A stretch of DNA of 64,000 bases from Planctomycetota bacterium (GCA_965223505.1 CBDCWP010000040.1:160001-224000), one strand, 5' to 3'. Counted from the first letter of the stretch, positions 1 to 13,389 are shown. The notes: generated from the sequence alone by a model not told the origin. Numbers and translations are program-made.

Positions 1-3428
<3,428 letters not shown>

Positions 3429-3606
3429 GGACTCTCCGACGGAGAAAGGCGCCGAGTGATGAAGGGTGCCGGAAACCCTCGTGATACCGACGTGATTGTG
3501 CCTTGACCGACCGCCAAAGGAAGAACTGCTCCCGGGTCCTGTTCGTGAAGCGGCGAACGGATCCTTACGATCGGCGTTCCCGTACGACACCCCGTGGAGT
3601 GAAGAC

Positions 3607-4122
3607 ATGGCGACCGCAACCCTCAAGGGCAACCCGTTTCAGACGTCCGGCGATCTGCCGGCCGTCGGTTCGTCGGCGCCCGACTTCGAGCTCGTCCGCC
3701 AGGACCTCTCGACGGCGACGCTCGAGACGTTCGCCGGCATGCGCAAGATCGTGAGCATCTTTCCCAGCATCGACACGCCGACCTGCGCGGCCTCCGTTCG
3801 GGCCTTCAACGAGAAGGCCGCATCCCGTGAGGACGTCGTGGTGTTGAACGTCTCGGCCGACCTGCCGTTCGCGTTCAAGCGCTTCTGCGCCGCCGAGGGC
3901 ATCGACGGCGCGGAGTGCCTTTCGACCTTCCGCGGCCCGTCGTTCGCCGACGACTACGGCGTGCGGATCGTGGACGGTCCCTTGAAGGGTCTTTGCGCCC
4001 GTTCGATCGTGGTGCTGGACGAGGGCAACAGCGTCCTGCACACGGAGCTGGTGGGCGAGACGGCCGACGAGCCGAACTACGACGCCGCGCTGTCGGCGCT
4101 CGACTCGGCCACGACGGCATAG
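3607..4122 (+). CDS. tpx: Thiol peroxidase (atypical 2-Cys peroxiredoxin)
   Basis: [33 protein letters not shown] and EPNYDAAL motifs; start taken at MATATLKGN. Confidence 0.95.
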   Translation: MATATLKGNPFQTSGDLPAVGSSAPDFELVRQDLSTATLETFAGMRKIVSIFPSIDTPTCAASVRAFNEKAASREDVVVLNVSADLPFAFKRFCAAEGIDGAECLSTFRGPSFADDYGVRIVDGPLKGLCARSIVVLDEGNSVLHTELVGETADEPNYDAALSALDSATTA

Positions 4123-4214
4123 GGTCGCCCAAACCCATCCGCGCACCGGGGCGACCCTCGTCGTCGCCCATCGCATGCAGCTCGGAACGCCAACCACGCG
4201 CGTAGAACGGAGGC

Positions 4215-5090
4215 ATGTCGATGGCCAACGCCGGAGGCTGGATCCTACTGCTCGTCGCGCTGGGCGTCGCGGGCGGCGTCGCGTACATCGTCATGTCCGA
4301 CGATCCGTCGGCGCCGGCGACGCCCTCCGGCGAGGACGCCCGCCGGGCCCCCTTCGAGCCCGGCAACGGCGCCGAGCCCGAGGTCGAGACCGGTTCGGCC
4401 TCCGGCCATCCCATTCGTCTCGAGCTCGAGACCAACTGCCCCGGCTACGTCGTGGTCAACGAGCCCTTCGAGGTGCTCCTGCGCGTGCACAACGTCAGCC
4501 GGCACGCCCTGCCGAAGGTCGTCTTCGGCGTGCAAGCACACGGCAAGCTCGAACCCGCGCCGGGTTCCAAGGAACCCGAGCGCTGGATCGACCGCATGCC
4601 CGGCGACTACTGGCGCACCCTGAAGGCGAACTACGTCGCGACCGAGGAGGGGATCTTCCGGCTCATCGCGTCCGCGCGCGACGAGACCGGCTGGGCCGCG
4701 GCGGGTCTTTGGATCGACGTGAAGGCCGGTACGTCGCCGTCGACGAACACGATCGCCAACTACGACCGGCTGTCGCTGAAGGTCGAGCTCACGGGGCCGG
4801 AGGTCGTCACCGCCGGCGCGCCGTTTCGCATGACCGCGACGGTGACGAACGTCGGCACCCAGCCCCTGCGCGGCGTCGAGCTGGCACTTTCAGGGGAGGG
4901 CGTGGAGGTCGTCGAAGGCGAGAAGCCACGAACGAGGATCGACGAGCTCGGCGCCCGGCACACGCAGACGCTGGCGGCGATGTTCGTCTCGACCGCTCGG
5001 GGCAAGCAGCGGGTCAACGCTTCGGCGCGCGACGAAAAGGGGTGGGCGGCCGCGGGCGCCGTCCTCGACGTGAACGTCGAGGACGAGTGA
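4215..5090 (+). CDS. Membrane-anchored protein with two tandem Ig-like (CARDB/DUF11-like) repeats
   Basis: GGAGG RBS; N-terminal TM helix; two repeats ending ASARDETGWAAAG and ASARDEKGWAAAG. Confidence 0.75.
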   Translation: MSMANAGGWILLLVALGVAGGVAYIVMSDDPSAPATPSGEDARRAPFEPGNGAEPEVETGSASGHPIRLELETNCPGYVVVNEPFEVLLRVHNVSRHALPKVVFGVQAHGKLEPAPGSKEPERWIDRMPGDYWRTLKANYVATEEGIFRLIASARDETGWAAAGLWIDVKAGTSPSTNTIANYDRLSLKVELTGPEVVTAGAPFRMTATVTNVGTQPLRGVELALSGEGVEVVEGEKPRTRIDELGARHTQTLAAMFVSTARGKQRVNASARDEKGWAAAGAVLDVNVEDE

Positions 5091-5708
5091 TCAGCCGCGC
5101 AGCTTGCGGCGAAAGCGCAGATCCTCGACGCCGTTGAACGTCATCAGCAACGCGCCGGGCGAGGCGTACTCTTCGAACAGATCGTGAACGAGCCGCTCCT
5201 CGCCGGGCCAGGGATAGGCGAACACGACGTCGAAGTCGTCGGGATCGAGCCCGAGCAGTCCGTACCCGTCCATGCCGCCGCTCTCGATCCAGGTGAAGTC
5301 CTCGAGCTCGTCGACCAGGTCCTCGCCCCCGACGGGAACGTAGCTGCCGCAGACGAACTCGACGGAGACGCCGTGGTCCTCGGCCAGGCGCTCGGACTGG
5401 TCCACCAGCGCCGCGTTGATCTCGATGCCGCAGGCGTGAAAGTCGAGCTCGGCGGCCATGCATGCGACGACACCGAAGCCGCTCCCCCATTCGAGGAACG
5501 ACGGCCCGGGCGCCAGGTGCTGCTCCGAGAGCGCGCGCAACCCCTCGAAGACGCGCCGGAAGTCGCAGGGGACGAAGCCGGGGATGGGCTCGTCGAGTCG
5601 TCCGTGCACGAACTGCTCGATCCGGCGGTTCGCGTCGCGGATGAACATCTCGACGTCGTCCGGCAGCGGATCTTCGCGAACTTCGACATCCAGCTGCTCG
5701 ATGGGCAT
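5091..5708 (-). CDS. Class I SAM-dependent methyltransferase
   Basis: FLEWGSGFG motif I, GIEIN, DVVFAYPWP; ATG overlaps the upstream TAA (TAATG). Confidence 0.8.
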   Translation of the reverse strand: MPIEQLDVEVREDPLPDDVEMFIRDANRRIEQFVHGRLDEPIPGFVPCDFRRVFEGLRALSEQHLAPGPSFLEWGSGFGVVACMAAELDFHACGIEINAALVDQSERLAEDHGVSVEFVCGSYVPVGGEDLVDELEDFTWIESGGMDGYGLLGLDPDDFDVVFAYPWPGEERLVHDLFEEYASPGALLMTFNGVEDLRFRRKLRG

Positions 5709-7045
5709 TACCAATCCTTCACCTTGTTGGCGTTCCACCACGAACGGATCCGGTCGACCGCCTTGGCACGTACGGCCTGCGAAGCGCTCGTGCTGTAGCC
5801 CGTGGACGCGAGATCGAGGCGGCGGTAGGGAAACAGCGCGCGCAGGACCGTGCCGAGGCCGGAGTAGGCGTTGGCGCGGACGGTGATGTTGGCGTCCATC
5901 AACGCGTCGATCAGCGGCTCCACGACCGACGCCTGACGAAATCCACCGAGCACCTTGATCGCGTCGGCGCGCTGCGCCGCGTCGTTCTTCGCGATCTCGA
6001 GCACGACCGGCAAGCCCGAGACGTCGTCCTGGCGGCGCAACGCATCGGCGGCCTTCAGACGCCGCGAAGCGTCGTCGGACGCGAGCAGCTCACGCAGGTC
6101 GTCGGCGTCGAGCGCGCCGGGGAACCCGGCCAGCGCGTCGAACGCGGCCTTGCTGACGACGGTGTTCGAATCGTCGATCAGCTTCTTGAGCTGCGGCAGC
6201 GCGGGGCGATAGCCCGCCTTGGCGAGCAGCCGAATCATCGTCGAGAGGTAGCTCGACTCGGTCTCCGTCTCGAGCAGCTTGGTGATCGCTTGCAACACGC
6301 GCGCCGGGATCGAGGGCATCGAGTACAGGAACGTGTTGACGCGCGAGAACGCGCTGTACTCGACCTCGCCCGACGCCAGCGCATCGGCCAGGTCCTGGGC
6401 GCGTTGCGGCTGCCCGAAGCGAAGGAGATACGCCGCCGCCAGTGCGCGCACGCTCGCCGGCGTGTCGACGAGCAGCTTCTCGGCTTCGGCGCGCGCGAGC
6501 CCGTCCTGCACGGTGTAGAGGCAGTACAGGGCGGCGCCGAGTACGGTGTAGGACCGCTTGGGATCGAGTAGGGCGCGGATGCGCGCCTGGAGCGTTTCGT
6601 CGCGAATGCTGTAGAGACGCGAGAGCAGCGTCGAGAGCGCGGCGTCGTCCTGCGGCTCGTCGAGCGCCGCCAGGATGATCTTCAAAACGTCGTTCTCGCC
6701 CTTGCGCAACAGCTCGGCGGCCGCGTGCACGCGCAGGGTGGCGGGCTCCATCTTGACGAGCGGCCGAAGCGCCTTGATCGCGACGTCGGCAGGATAGGAC
6801 CGCAGGATGTAGACGGTGTAGCTCTGCGCGGTGACGTCGAAGCCCCCGACCGCCTCGTGCAGCAACGGAATCGCCTTCGGGTCCTTGCGCGACATCAGCG
6901 TCGTGTAAGCGGCGTTGCGCACAGTCGAGTCGGACGAGCCGAGGTTGACGACGAGCTGCGGCGTGTCGGAGTCCGCGTGCGTCGTCGTCGCCGTCGCGAC
7001 GAGGCAGAGCACGAGCACCGCGGCGACGCGCCGAAGGCTAGCCAC
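5708..7045 (-). CDS. Secreted HEAT-repeat protein
   Basis: Signal peptide (..TTHA-DS); repeated helical units such as VRALAAAYLL, RRLKAADAL, VRANAYSGL. Confidence 0.8.
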   Translation of the reverse strand: MASLRRVAAVLVLCLVATATTTHADSDTPQLVVNLGSSDSTVRNAAYTTLMSRKDPKAIPLLHEAVGGFDVTAQSYTVYILRSYPADVAIKALRPLVKMEPATLRVHAAAELLRKGENDVLKIILAALDEPQDDAALSTLLSRLYSIRDETLQARIRALLDPKRSYTVLGAALYCLYTVQDGLARAEAEKLLVDTPASVRALAAAYLLRFGQPQRAQDLADALASGEVEYSAFSRVNTFLYSMPSIPARVLQAITKLLETETESSYLSTMIRLLAKAGYRPALPQLKKLIDDSNTVVSKAAFDALAGFPGALDADDLRELLASDDASRRLKAADALRRQDDVSGLPVVLEIAKNDAAQRADAIKVLGGFRQASVVEPLIDALMDANITVRANAYSGLGTVLRALFPYRRLDLASTGYSTSASQAVRAKAVDRIRSWWNANKVKDW

Positions 7046-8735
7046 CGGTGGTCGCTCCGCCGCCGCCGCTCGATCCGCCGCCGGGTCCGCGCGACGGTCG
7101 GCCGGTCGTGGTCGTCGTGCTGTCCGAGGACGAGCTGGGCTTCTCGCGCGGGGGCGGCGTCGTCGTCTTGCCGCGGAACGTCGGATAGAAGCGCGCGATG
7201 CCGGCGCGGCGAATCGCGATGCCGAACGGCCCGTGGTCGTAACGCGAGGTGAACTCGGCGAAGACCTTCCCGAACGAGCGAATCGCGAGCTTGAACGCTT
7301 CCCCGCCGGGAAGGTGCACCTGCTGGAACGGCGCGACGCCGTGGCAGAGGCACATGTTCGAGTAGCCGATGCCGACCGGGGTCATGTCGCTGCCGTACCA
7401 GGGCCGCTCGGGCGGTTCGATCGGCCGGTCGATCTTGCCGATCATCGTCGGACCCGCCTCTTTGCACCACGCGGAGTACGCCATGAGGTTCAGACGCGTC
7501 AGGTGCAGCATCACGCGCGTGTACTCGGCCTGCGCCTCGAAGCGCGGCAGGCCGCGGCTCGACCGCGCGCGTTCGATGTCCGCCTCGAACGACGTGATCA
7601 GCTGACTGCACGCCTTCACGGCTTTGTCCGCGCGGTTGGCGTTGCGCTTGAAGGAGAGACTCGTCGTGAGCGGCAGCCACGCGGCCGAGCGCCGCTGCTC
7701 GAGCTTGAGCGAGCCGCCCGCGAGTTTCACGGACGGCTTGCTGCGTACGAGACCCTGCTTCGACGCCTGGCCCCAGAGCTTGAGCGTCGCGCGAAAGAAG
7801 GGATCGCCGGCCGCCGCCGCGTAGGCGTGTTTGCGCGAGTCGGTGATCGGCGCCGTCGCCTTGACGCGGTGGGTTTGATAGCTCTCCCCCGGCGGCGTGT
7901 GGTCGTTCGTGCAGAACGGGCAGCCGTCGTAGAAGGCGCACTGGTGCGCGCTGTCCGGGGTGGAATAGAGGAACACGCGGCCTTCGGTGGCGCGCGCCAG
8001 TCGACTCAGGCCATAGAAGGCGAAGCCGGCGGGGGCGACCTCGTTGCCCTGGACCTTTTGGAAGATCCACCCCCACGGGATCTGCTCGAACGCGCCGTCG
8101 CCGCCGGTGAGCCGCGTGCCGCGCGGCGGCTTGGTCGCGGTGGACGCGTGGCTCGAGTAGTAGCTGTCGGCGAGCAGCGCCTCCCGCGCGATGACGTGCA
8201 GCCGGATCTTGGCGCGTCGAAGCGCGGCGACGGTCGCCTCGAGGTCGTCTTCGGCGTCGCCGTTCTCGAGCGTGACGAGGACGAGCTCGCGGGCCCCCGA
8301 CTTGCCCGAGAGCGCGCCGGCGACCCGTCGCAGGTCGGCGTAGACGTTCTGGAACGACGCGTCGGGCTTGGCGAGGACGTCGGTCACCGTCTGCAGGACC
8401 GCGCCGAGGTCGGCGGTCGGCTTGAGGGCGACGCCCTTCTTCGCGCCGGTGCGCGCGACACCGATCGTGGTCGTGCCCATGCGGTCGGCGTTGCGCGTGA
8501 ACGCAGCGGTGAGGCGGTCGGCGAACGCGGCCGTCTGCAACGACGCGGTGGGATCGACGAGGAAGAAGAGGGTGCGTTCCTGCGAATCGCGCCCGCGCAT
8601 GTCGAGGATGACGTCGAGGGCGCGGTCGAGCGAGCGACCGGGTTCGGTGACGCCGGCGGCGGTGGCGGACTCGTCGGCCTGCACGTTGGGCGTTCCAGCG
8701 AGCACGAGCAGGAGAACGAAGAGCAGGCGGCGCAT
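7038..8735 (-). CDS. Secreted hypothetical protein with a VWA-like N-terminal domain and Gly/Ser/Thr-rich tail
   Basis: Signal peptide; degenerate MIDAS-like LFFLVDPTAS and ELVLVTLENGD; overlaps the next gene by 8 bp. Confidence 0.65.
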   Translation of the reverse strand: MRRLLFVLLLVLAGTPNVQADESATAAGVTEPGRSLDRALDVILDMRGRDSQERTLFFLVDPTASLQTAAFADRLTAAFTRNADRMGTTTIGVARTGAKKGVALKPTADLGAVLQTVTDVLAKPDASFQNVYADLRRVAGALSGKSGARELVLVTLENGDAEDDLEATVAALRRAKIRLHVIAREALLADSYYSSHASTATKPPRGTRLTGGDGAFEQIPWGWIFQKVQGNEVAPAGFAFYGLSRLARATEGRVFLYSTPDSAHQCAFYDGCPFCTNDHTPPGESYQTHRVKATAPITDSRKHAYAAAAGDPFFRATLKLWGQASKQGLVRSKPSVKLAGGSLKLEQRRSAAWLPLTTSLSFKRNANRADKAVKACSQLITSFEADIERARSSRGLPRFEAQAEYTRVMLHLTRLNLMAYSAWCKEAGPTMIGKIDRPIEPPERPWYGSDMTPVGIGYSNMCLCHGVAPFQQVHLPGGEAFKLAIRSFGKVFAEFTSRYDHGPFGIAIRRAGIARFYPTFRGKTTTPPPREKPSSSSDSTTTTTGRPSRGPGGGSSGGGGATTGG

Positions 8736-8800
8736 CGCGTACAGGGTACCGCGATCGGACCCGATGAACCCACCCCGCCGATGAGGTAGGGTGCGCGTCG

Positions 8801-9442
8801 ATGAAGCCGCGTGAGGACCCGCTCGAGATCTTCCGGGACATCGACATCTACCTGCTCGATCAGCTCTTGAAGGGGCGGTTCGAGCCGTCGATGAAGATCC
8901 TGGATGCGGGTTGCGGCGGCGGGCGGAACCTGCGCTACTTCATGCGCGAAGGCTACGACGTCTACGGGGTGGATCCGTCCCCGGGGTCGATCAAGCGGGT
9001 GCGGGAGATGGCCGAGACGTTGGCCCCGACGACGGTGCCGACGAATTTCCGTGTGGCGCACGTGGAGGACAGCGCGTTCGAACCCGGGACGTTCGACGTG
9101 GTGATCTGCAACGCGGTGCTGCACTTCGCGCGGGATCGCGCGCACTTCGAGACGATGCTGCGTGCGATGTGGCAGTTGCTGAAGAAGGGCGGGATCTTCT
9201 TCTGCAGGTTGGCGTCGAGCATCGGGATCGAGAACCAGATCGAGCCGACAAAGAGCGGCCGGTACCGTTTGGGCGACGGAAGCGAGCGCTTTCTGGTGGA
9301 CCTGCCGATGTTGGAGGCGTACACGCAGGAGCTGGGCGGCACGTTGCTGGAGCCGATCAAGAGCGTGAACGTCCAGGGACTGCGCTGCATGACGACGTGG
9401 TGTTTGCGTAGGGGCGGGCCCGAGGGGCCACCCGCCCCGTGA
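8801..9442 (+). CDS. Class I SAM-dependent methyltransferase
   Basis: ILDAGCGGGRN, FDVVICNAVLHFA. Confidence 0.88.
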   Translation: MKPREDPLEIFRDIDIYLLDQLLKGRFEPSMKILDAGCGGGRNLRYFMREGYDVYGVDPSPGSIKRVREMAETLAPTTVPTNFRVAHVEDSAFEPGTFDVVICNAVLHFARDRAHFETMLRAMWQLLKKGGIFFCRLASSIGIENQIEPTKSGRYRLGDGSERFLVDLPMLEAYTQELGGTLLEPIKSVNVQGLRCMTTWCLRRGGPEGPPAP

Positions 9443-9512
9443 ACAGCTCGGCACGTCGACGTCGCGTCGCCGCCGGCTGCGTCCATGACGATCGCCGGCC
9501 GGGTTTCCGTGC

Positions 9513-9856
9513 CTACCTGAAGGCGCAGGCCGCGTGTTCCAACACCTGTTCGCCGCCGCGCACCTGGCTCCGCTTCGGCGTCCAACCGCGCTGGAGTCGC
9601 TCCGCCAAGAGCTCGTTGGCGGTCGGACGCCGGTCCCACACGGAGACACCTTTCACCGCGCCGAGTCAGGTCACGTCGTAGACGACGTACACGTTCTCGA
9701 ACCGCATGATCACGTCGTGCGTGAACTCGTCTGTGTGACGACGTCAGCCGGCTTCCCGAGCGAGGGAACGTCGCCCAGGTTGCGGTGTACCGAAACGACG
9801 CGAGTGAGGCGCCGCAATACGTCGTCCGCGATCGTGCCGTGGGCTGGCTCCGTCAT
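9513..9856 (-). pseudogene. Frameshifted small gene with in-frame UGA; candidate selenoprotein or pseudogene
   Basis: MTEPAHG...PADVVTQ / one-base shift at ~9731 / DEFTHDVIMRFENVYVVYDVT-TGA(9668-9666)-LGAVKGVSVWDRRPTANELL...HAACAFR-TAG. Confidence 0.5.
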
Positions 9857-9952
9857 GCACGGCATCCGAGTTCGCGGCCGAGCACCCCTCCACCGGTTCC
9901 CTCACCGGGTCTTGACCCGCCACACAACGGCACGTGCGGATGGATGCCCGCG

Positions 9953-10942
9953 CTACCGACCGCGACGCGAGGACAAGTCGGCTGCTTCTCGGGCATATGG
10001 CGCCGCGCCCTCCGTTTCACCCAATTGCCTCAGAACCTCGGCGAGGCCTTCCAACGCATGCTGCAGCGAGTGTTGAAAGGTACAGACGTCCGGCGCGCCG
10101 GCGATCGAGCTCCGGCCCAGCTCGACCGCCACCAGCAAGTGCCGCTTCGCGGACTCGAAGTCTCCACTGCGGGCTGCCGCCTTGCCGGCGCGTCGATGAG
10201 CGACCGCCAAGTGATCGAGCTCGAATGGCTGTCGCGGTACGTTGCCGAACGCGCGGCCATACTCGGTGACGGCCTGGTCGAGGACGCGCTTGGCTTCCCT
10301 CAGTCTTTCGAGTGCGATCAGGACGCGCCCCATCGACGACAGACTCGAAGCGAGGAACTTGTGACCTCCGACACTGTCGTGTACGAGGCCCCTCGCCAGG
10401 GCAACCTGCTCTTGTTGCACCTTCAACGCCCCGTCGAGATCACCCTGGTCATCGAACGCCCAGGCCAGGTACTCCAGTGATCCGGCCAGGTCGTGCCGGC
10501 GCTCGGACTGACTCCGGCCGGCGTCGCGCGCCAGCTGTCGCGCGATGTACACGCCGCGCCGCAGGACCGGGGTGGCGTCTCCGGCGCGCCCCATCCTCAT
10601 CAGCACGCGCCCGACGAGGTCGCACGAGAGGTTCACATCTCGCTTCAGCTCGGAATCCGTCGGGGTGGCGTCGCTCAAGCGTTCGCAGGTCTCGAGGGCC
10701 CGAGCCGCAACGGAGAGCGCTTCATCGAAACGGCCCATGGATACGCAAGCATCTGCAATCCGACGATCGGCCAAGGCGACAAAGCGGGGGGCCTTTGCGT
10801 CGTCCGGGTAACGAACGACGCGCTCCTGTACCCGCTCTCGCATCCGCGTGAACCTCTCGAGCGCCGCGGGAAGGTCCCCCGCCGTCCGGAACGCTTTGCC
10901 CTCTGTCTCGAGCCTCGCAGCCTCTTCGAAGAGCGCGTCCAT
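9953..10942 (-). CDS. Tetratricopeptide-repeat protein
   Basis: Repeated TPR-like units (GRFDEAL, GDLDGAL, GDFESAK, GETEGAA). Confidence 0.75.
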   Translation of the reverse strand: MDALFEEAARLETEGKAFRTAGDLPAALERFTRMRERVQERVVRYPDDAKAPRFVALADRRIADACVSMGRFDEALSVAARALETCERLSDATPTDSELKRDVNLSCDLVGRVLMRMGRAGDATPVLRRGVYIARQLARDAGRSQSERRHDLAGSLEYLAWAFDDQGDLDGALKVQQEQVALARGLVHDSVGGHKFLASSLSSMGRVLIALERLREAKRVLDQAVTEYGRAFGNVPRQPFELDHLAVAHRRAGKAAARSGDFESAKRHLLVAVELGRSSIAGAPDVCTFQHSLQHALEGLAEVLRQLGETEGAAPYAREAADLSSRRGR

Positions 10943-12250
10943 CTACGTATCCCGTGCACCGACCCGCCGGGCGCGAGCCTTCCCCAACATCACCGCCAGC
11001 GCGAACCAGAACAACGACAGCGGCACCGCGATCGACGACATGATCGCCAGACCCGGTCCGATCGCTTTCGTCGTGAGCGCGGCAACGGCGTCCCCGCCCC
11101 GAATCACGAACGTGTCCACCAGAGCTTTCGCCTTGTACTTCTCCGCTCGACTTACGACCGAGAACAGAGTCTCTCGTGCCGGTCGCGCCACCGCGTACGA
11201 CGTGCCCTTCCGCGTGATCTGCACGATCACCAGCAACACCAGAACCGGCGCGAAGCTCAAGGCCAATAGCCCAACGACTGTCAACACCGGCAGCACGCCG
11301 AGCGTGATCCCGACACCCGCGCGCTGCAACAAGCGGCTCGTCAAGAACAGCTGTAGAAGCAGAGTAAGCCCCTGAGACCCGAAGTTGAGCCACGCGAACA
11401 CCTCGGTGCGCGCCGCCTCGCCCTTCACCTGCGCGTCGATGATCTCACCTTGGAGGAAGTAGAGGACCGTGGAGGTGAACGCGTAGCAGAACAAGTACAG
11501 GCAAAGCCCGAGCAAGTACGGCGACCGGGCAAGCTGGGTCACGCCGTCGATGAACGTCCCGCCCAGCGCCTCCTTCTCATGCGCCTCGTGATGGCGTTCC
11601 GTCGACTCCACCGACTGCGAGAACTTCCGAACACACCGAACGGCGACTTCTAGCAACACCGCCGACCCGATCATCAGGTACGGCACCGCCCCGTCGGCGT
11701 CGAAGCCCTCGATCGACTGCAGCCAGCTCATGAGGGAGGCCGTGCCGAACGACCCCAGGAACGCGCCGATCGTCCCCCCGACGCCGATGTACGCGTACAG
11801 CCGCTTGCCCTGATCCTCGCGGAAGCTGTCCGCCATCAGCTGCCAGAACACCGACACCGCGAACAGGTTGAAGACGCTCACCCACACGTAGAAGACGCGC
11901 CCCACCCAGACGCGCTGCCCCGCGTCCAGCACGAGCAGCAGCGCGAAGAACACGAACAAATTGAGGATGAAGAAGCGGTACACCCACGGGATGAACCGAA
12001 CGCGCGGGAAGCGCGACACGATCGCGCCGTAGATCGGATTCGCCACGAACATCGCGCCGAGCGTGATCAGGAACAACCACGGCAGATTGCGTACGCCGCC
12101 GGCCAGGCCCATCTGCTCGCGCATCGGCCGCAACAGGAAGTAGCCCGACAGGAGAAAGAAGAAGTACGCCGCTGCCCAGAGGACGGCCTTCGTCTCCTTC
12201 TTCTCGACGCGCCCCGTCCGGAGCAACGCCTTCTCGAGCAGACCGATCAC
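10943..12250 (-). CDS. Npt/TLC-family (ATP:ADP antiporter-like) MFS transporter
   Basis: YFLLRPMRE, FYVWVSVFNLF, PARETLF..EKYKAKALVDTFVIRGGD; about 12 TM segments. Confidence 0.88.
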   Translation of the reverse strand: MIGLLEKALLRTGRVEKKETKAVLWAAAYFFFLLSGYFLLRPMREQMGLAGGVRNLPWLFLITLGAMFVANPIYGAIVSRFPRVRFIPWVYRFFILNLFVFFALLLVLDAGQRVWVGRVFYVWVSVFNLFAVSVFWQLMADSFREDQGKRLYAYIGVGGTIGAFLGSFGTASLMSWLQSIEGFDADGAVPYLMIGSAVLLEVAVRCVRKFSQSVESTERHHEAHEKEALGGTFIDGVTQLARSPYLLGLCLYLFCYAFTSTVLYFLQGEIIDAQVKGEAARTEVFAWLNFGSQGLTLLLQLFLTSRLLQRAGVGITLGVLPVLTVVGLLALSFAPVLVLLVIVQITRKGTSYAVARPARETLFSVVSRAEKYKAKALVDTFVIRGGDAVAALTTKAIGPGLAIMSSIAVPLSLFWFALAVMLGKARARRVGARDT

Positions 12251-13389
12251 TTGGACTTCGACGTCTCGTGGAACATGCCGAGCAGCTCCTTCTCACGCGC
12301 GGCCTTCAAACCACGCCAGGGCTTCTGCTTCGGACGCTCGTCCCGGATCCAGGCGGCCGTGTCCGCCGCGGTCTGCGCGATCGGACGGAAGGTGAGGCCT
12401 TTCTCGATCGCGCGTTCCGGACTCACGTACGGCAGCTTGTCGCTCGGAATCCAGAAAGGCACGGACACCTTGTTCTCTTCCATGAACTTCTCGCCCACCC
12501 ACGTGAACTCGCACTGGTGGTTGACGGCGCACTTGCACCCGTGCAGGAACTCCATCAGCGAGACTTCGCCGTCGAAGCCCACGGCGTTGTAGACCCCGGC
12601 CACCTTCTGCTCGATGACGTGGATCATCCATTCGCCGAGGTCACGGACGTCGATCACCTGGAACGGCGTATCGCCGGTGCCGGGCGCGAGAATCTCGCCG
12701 CCGCGCATGACGCGGTTGGGCCAGTAGCTGAAGCGATCGGTCGGATCGCGGGGACCGACGATGAGACCCGGCCGCGGCACGCACACGCGGCCCGGCATCG
12801 CCGCCATCGCCGCGTTCTCGCACAGCACCTTCAGCGGACCGTAGCTCTCTCCGGTGACCTTTTCCGTCGTCTCGTCTTCGATCGTTCCGGTCGGCGAGCT
12901 CTCGTCGATCGGATGGTTGTCTCGCCCGAACCCGGGATAGACGGAGATCGTCGAGATCAGCTCGTAGAAGTCGACGTTGTCCTTCAGGATGTCGGTGGCC
13001 TCGCGAACCACGCGCGGGTAGTACGCGGACGTGTCGATGACCGCGTCCCATTTGCGGCCCTTCAGCGCGTCGAGGTCCCCCTTCTTGCGGTCGCCGCGCA
13101 GCTTCTCCAGATTCGGGAACAGGTGCGGATTGGTCTTGCCGCGATTGAAGAGGGTCATCGAGTGGCCGCGCGCCAGCGCTGCGTTGACGGCGGCAGGCCC
13201 CAGGAACCCCGTGCCGCCCAGAATGAGCAGGTCGAGCTTCTTGGGGGCCGGATCGGGCGTATCGGGTGCCTTCTCGTCGTCCGCGCGGGCGCGCCGCGCC
13301 CCGGCCAGTGTCAGCCCCACGCCGGCCGCCACCGTCATCCCCAGCAGCTCCCGCCGCGTCGCGCCGCGGCTCTTCGACTCGTCCTGCAT
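12247..13389 (-). CDS. Tat-signal NAD-dependent epimerase/dehydratase (isoflavone reductase-like SDR)
   Basis: TRRELLG twin-arginine signal; ILGGTGFLG; YGPLK; start taken at MQDESK. Confidence 0.88.
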   Translation of the reverse strand: MQDESKSRGATRRELLGMTVAAGVGLTLAGARRARADDEKAPDTPDPAPKKLDLLILGGTGFLGPAAVNAALARGHSMTLFNRGKTNPHLFPNLEKLRGDRKKGDLDALKGRKWDAVIDTSAYYPRVVREATDILKDNVDFYELISTISVYPGFGRDNHPIDESSPTGTIEDETTEKVTGESYGPLKVLCENAAMAAMPGRVCVPRPGLIVGPRDPTDRFSYWPNRVMRGGEILAPGTGDTPFQVIDVRDLGEWMIHVIEQKVAGVYNAVGFDGEVSLMEFLHGCKCAVNHQCEFTWVGEKFMEENKVSVPFWIPSDKLPYVSPERAIEKGLTFRPIAQTAADTAAWIRDERPKQKPWRGLKAAREKELLGMFHETSKSK

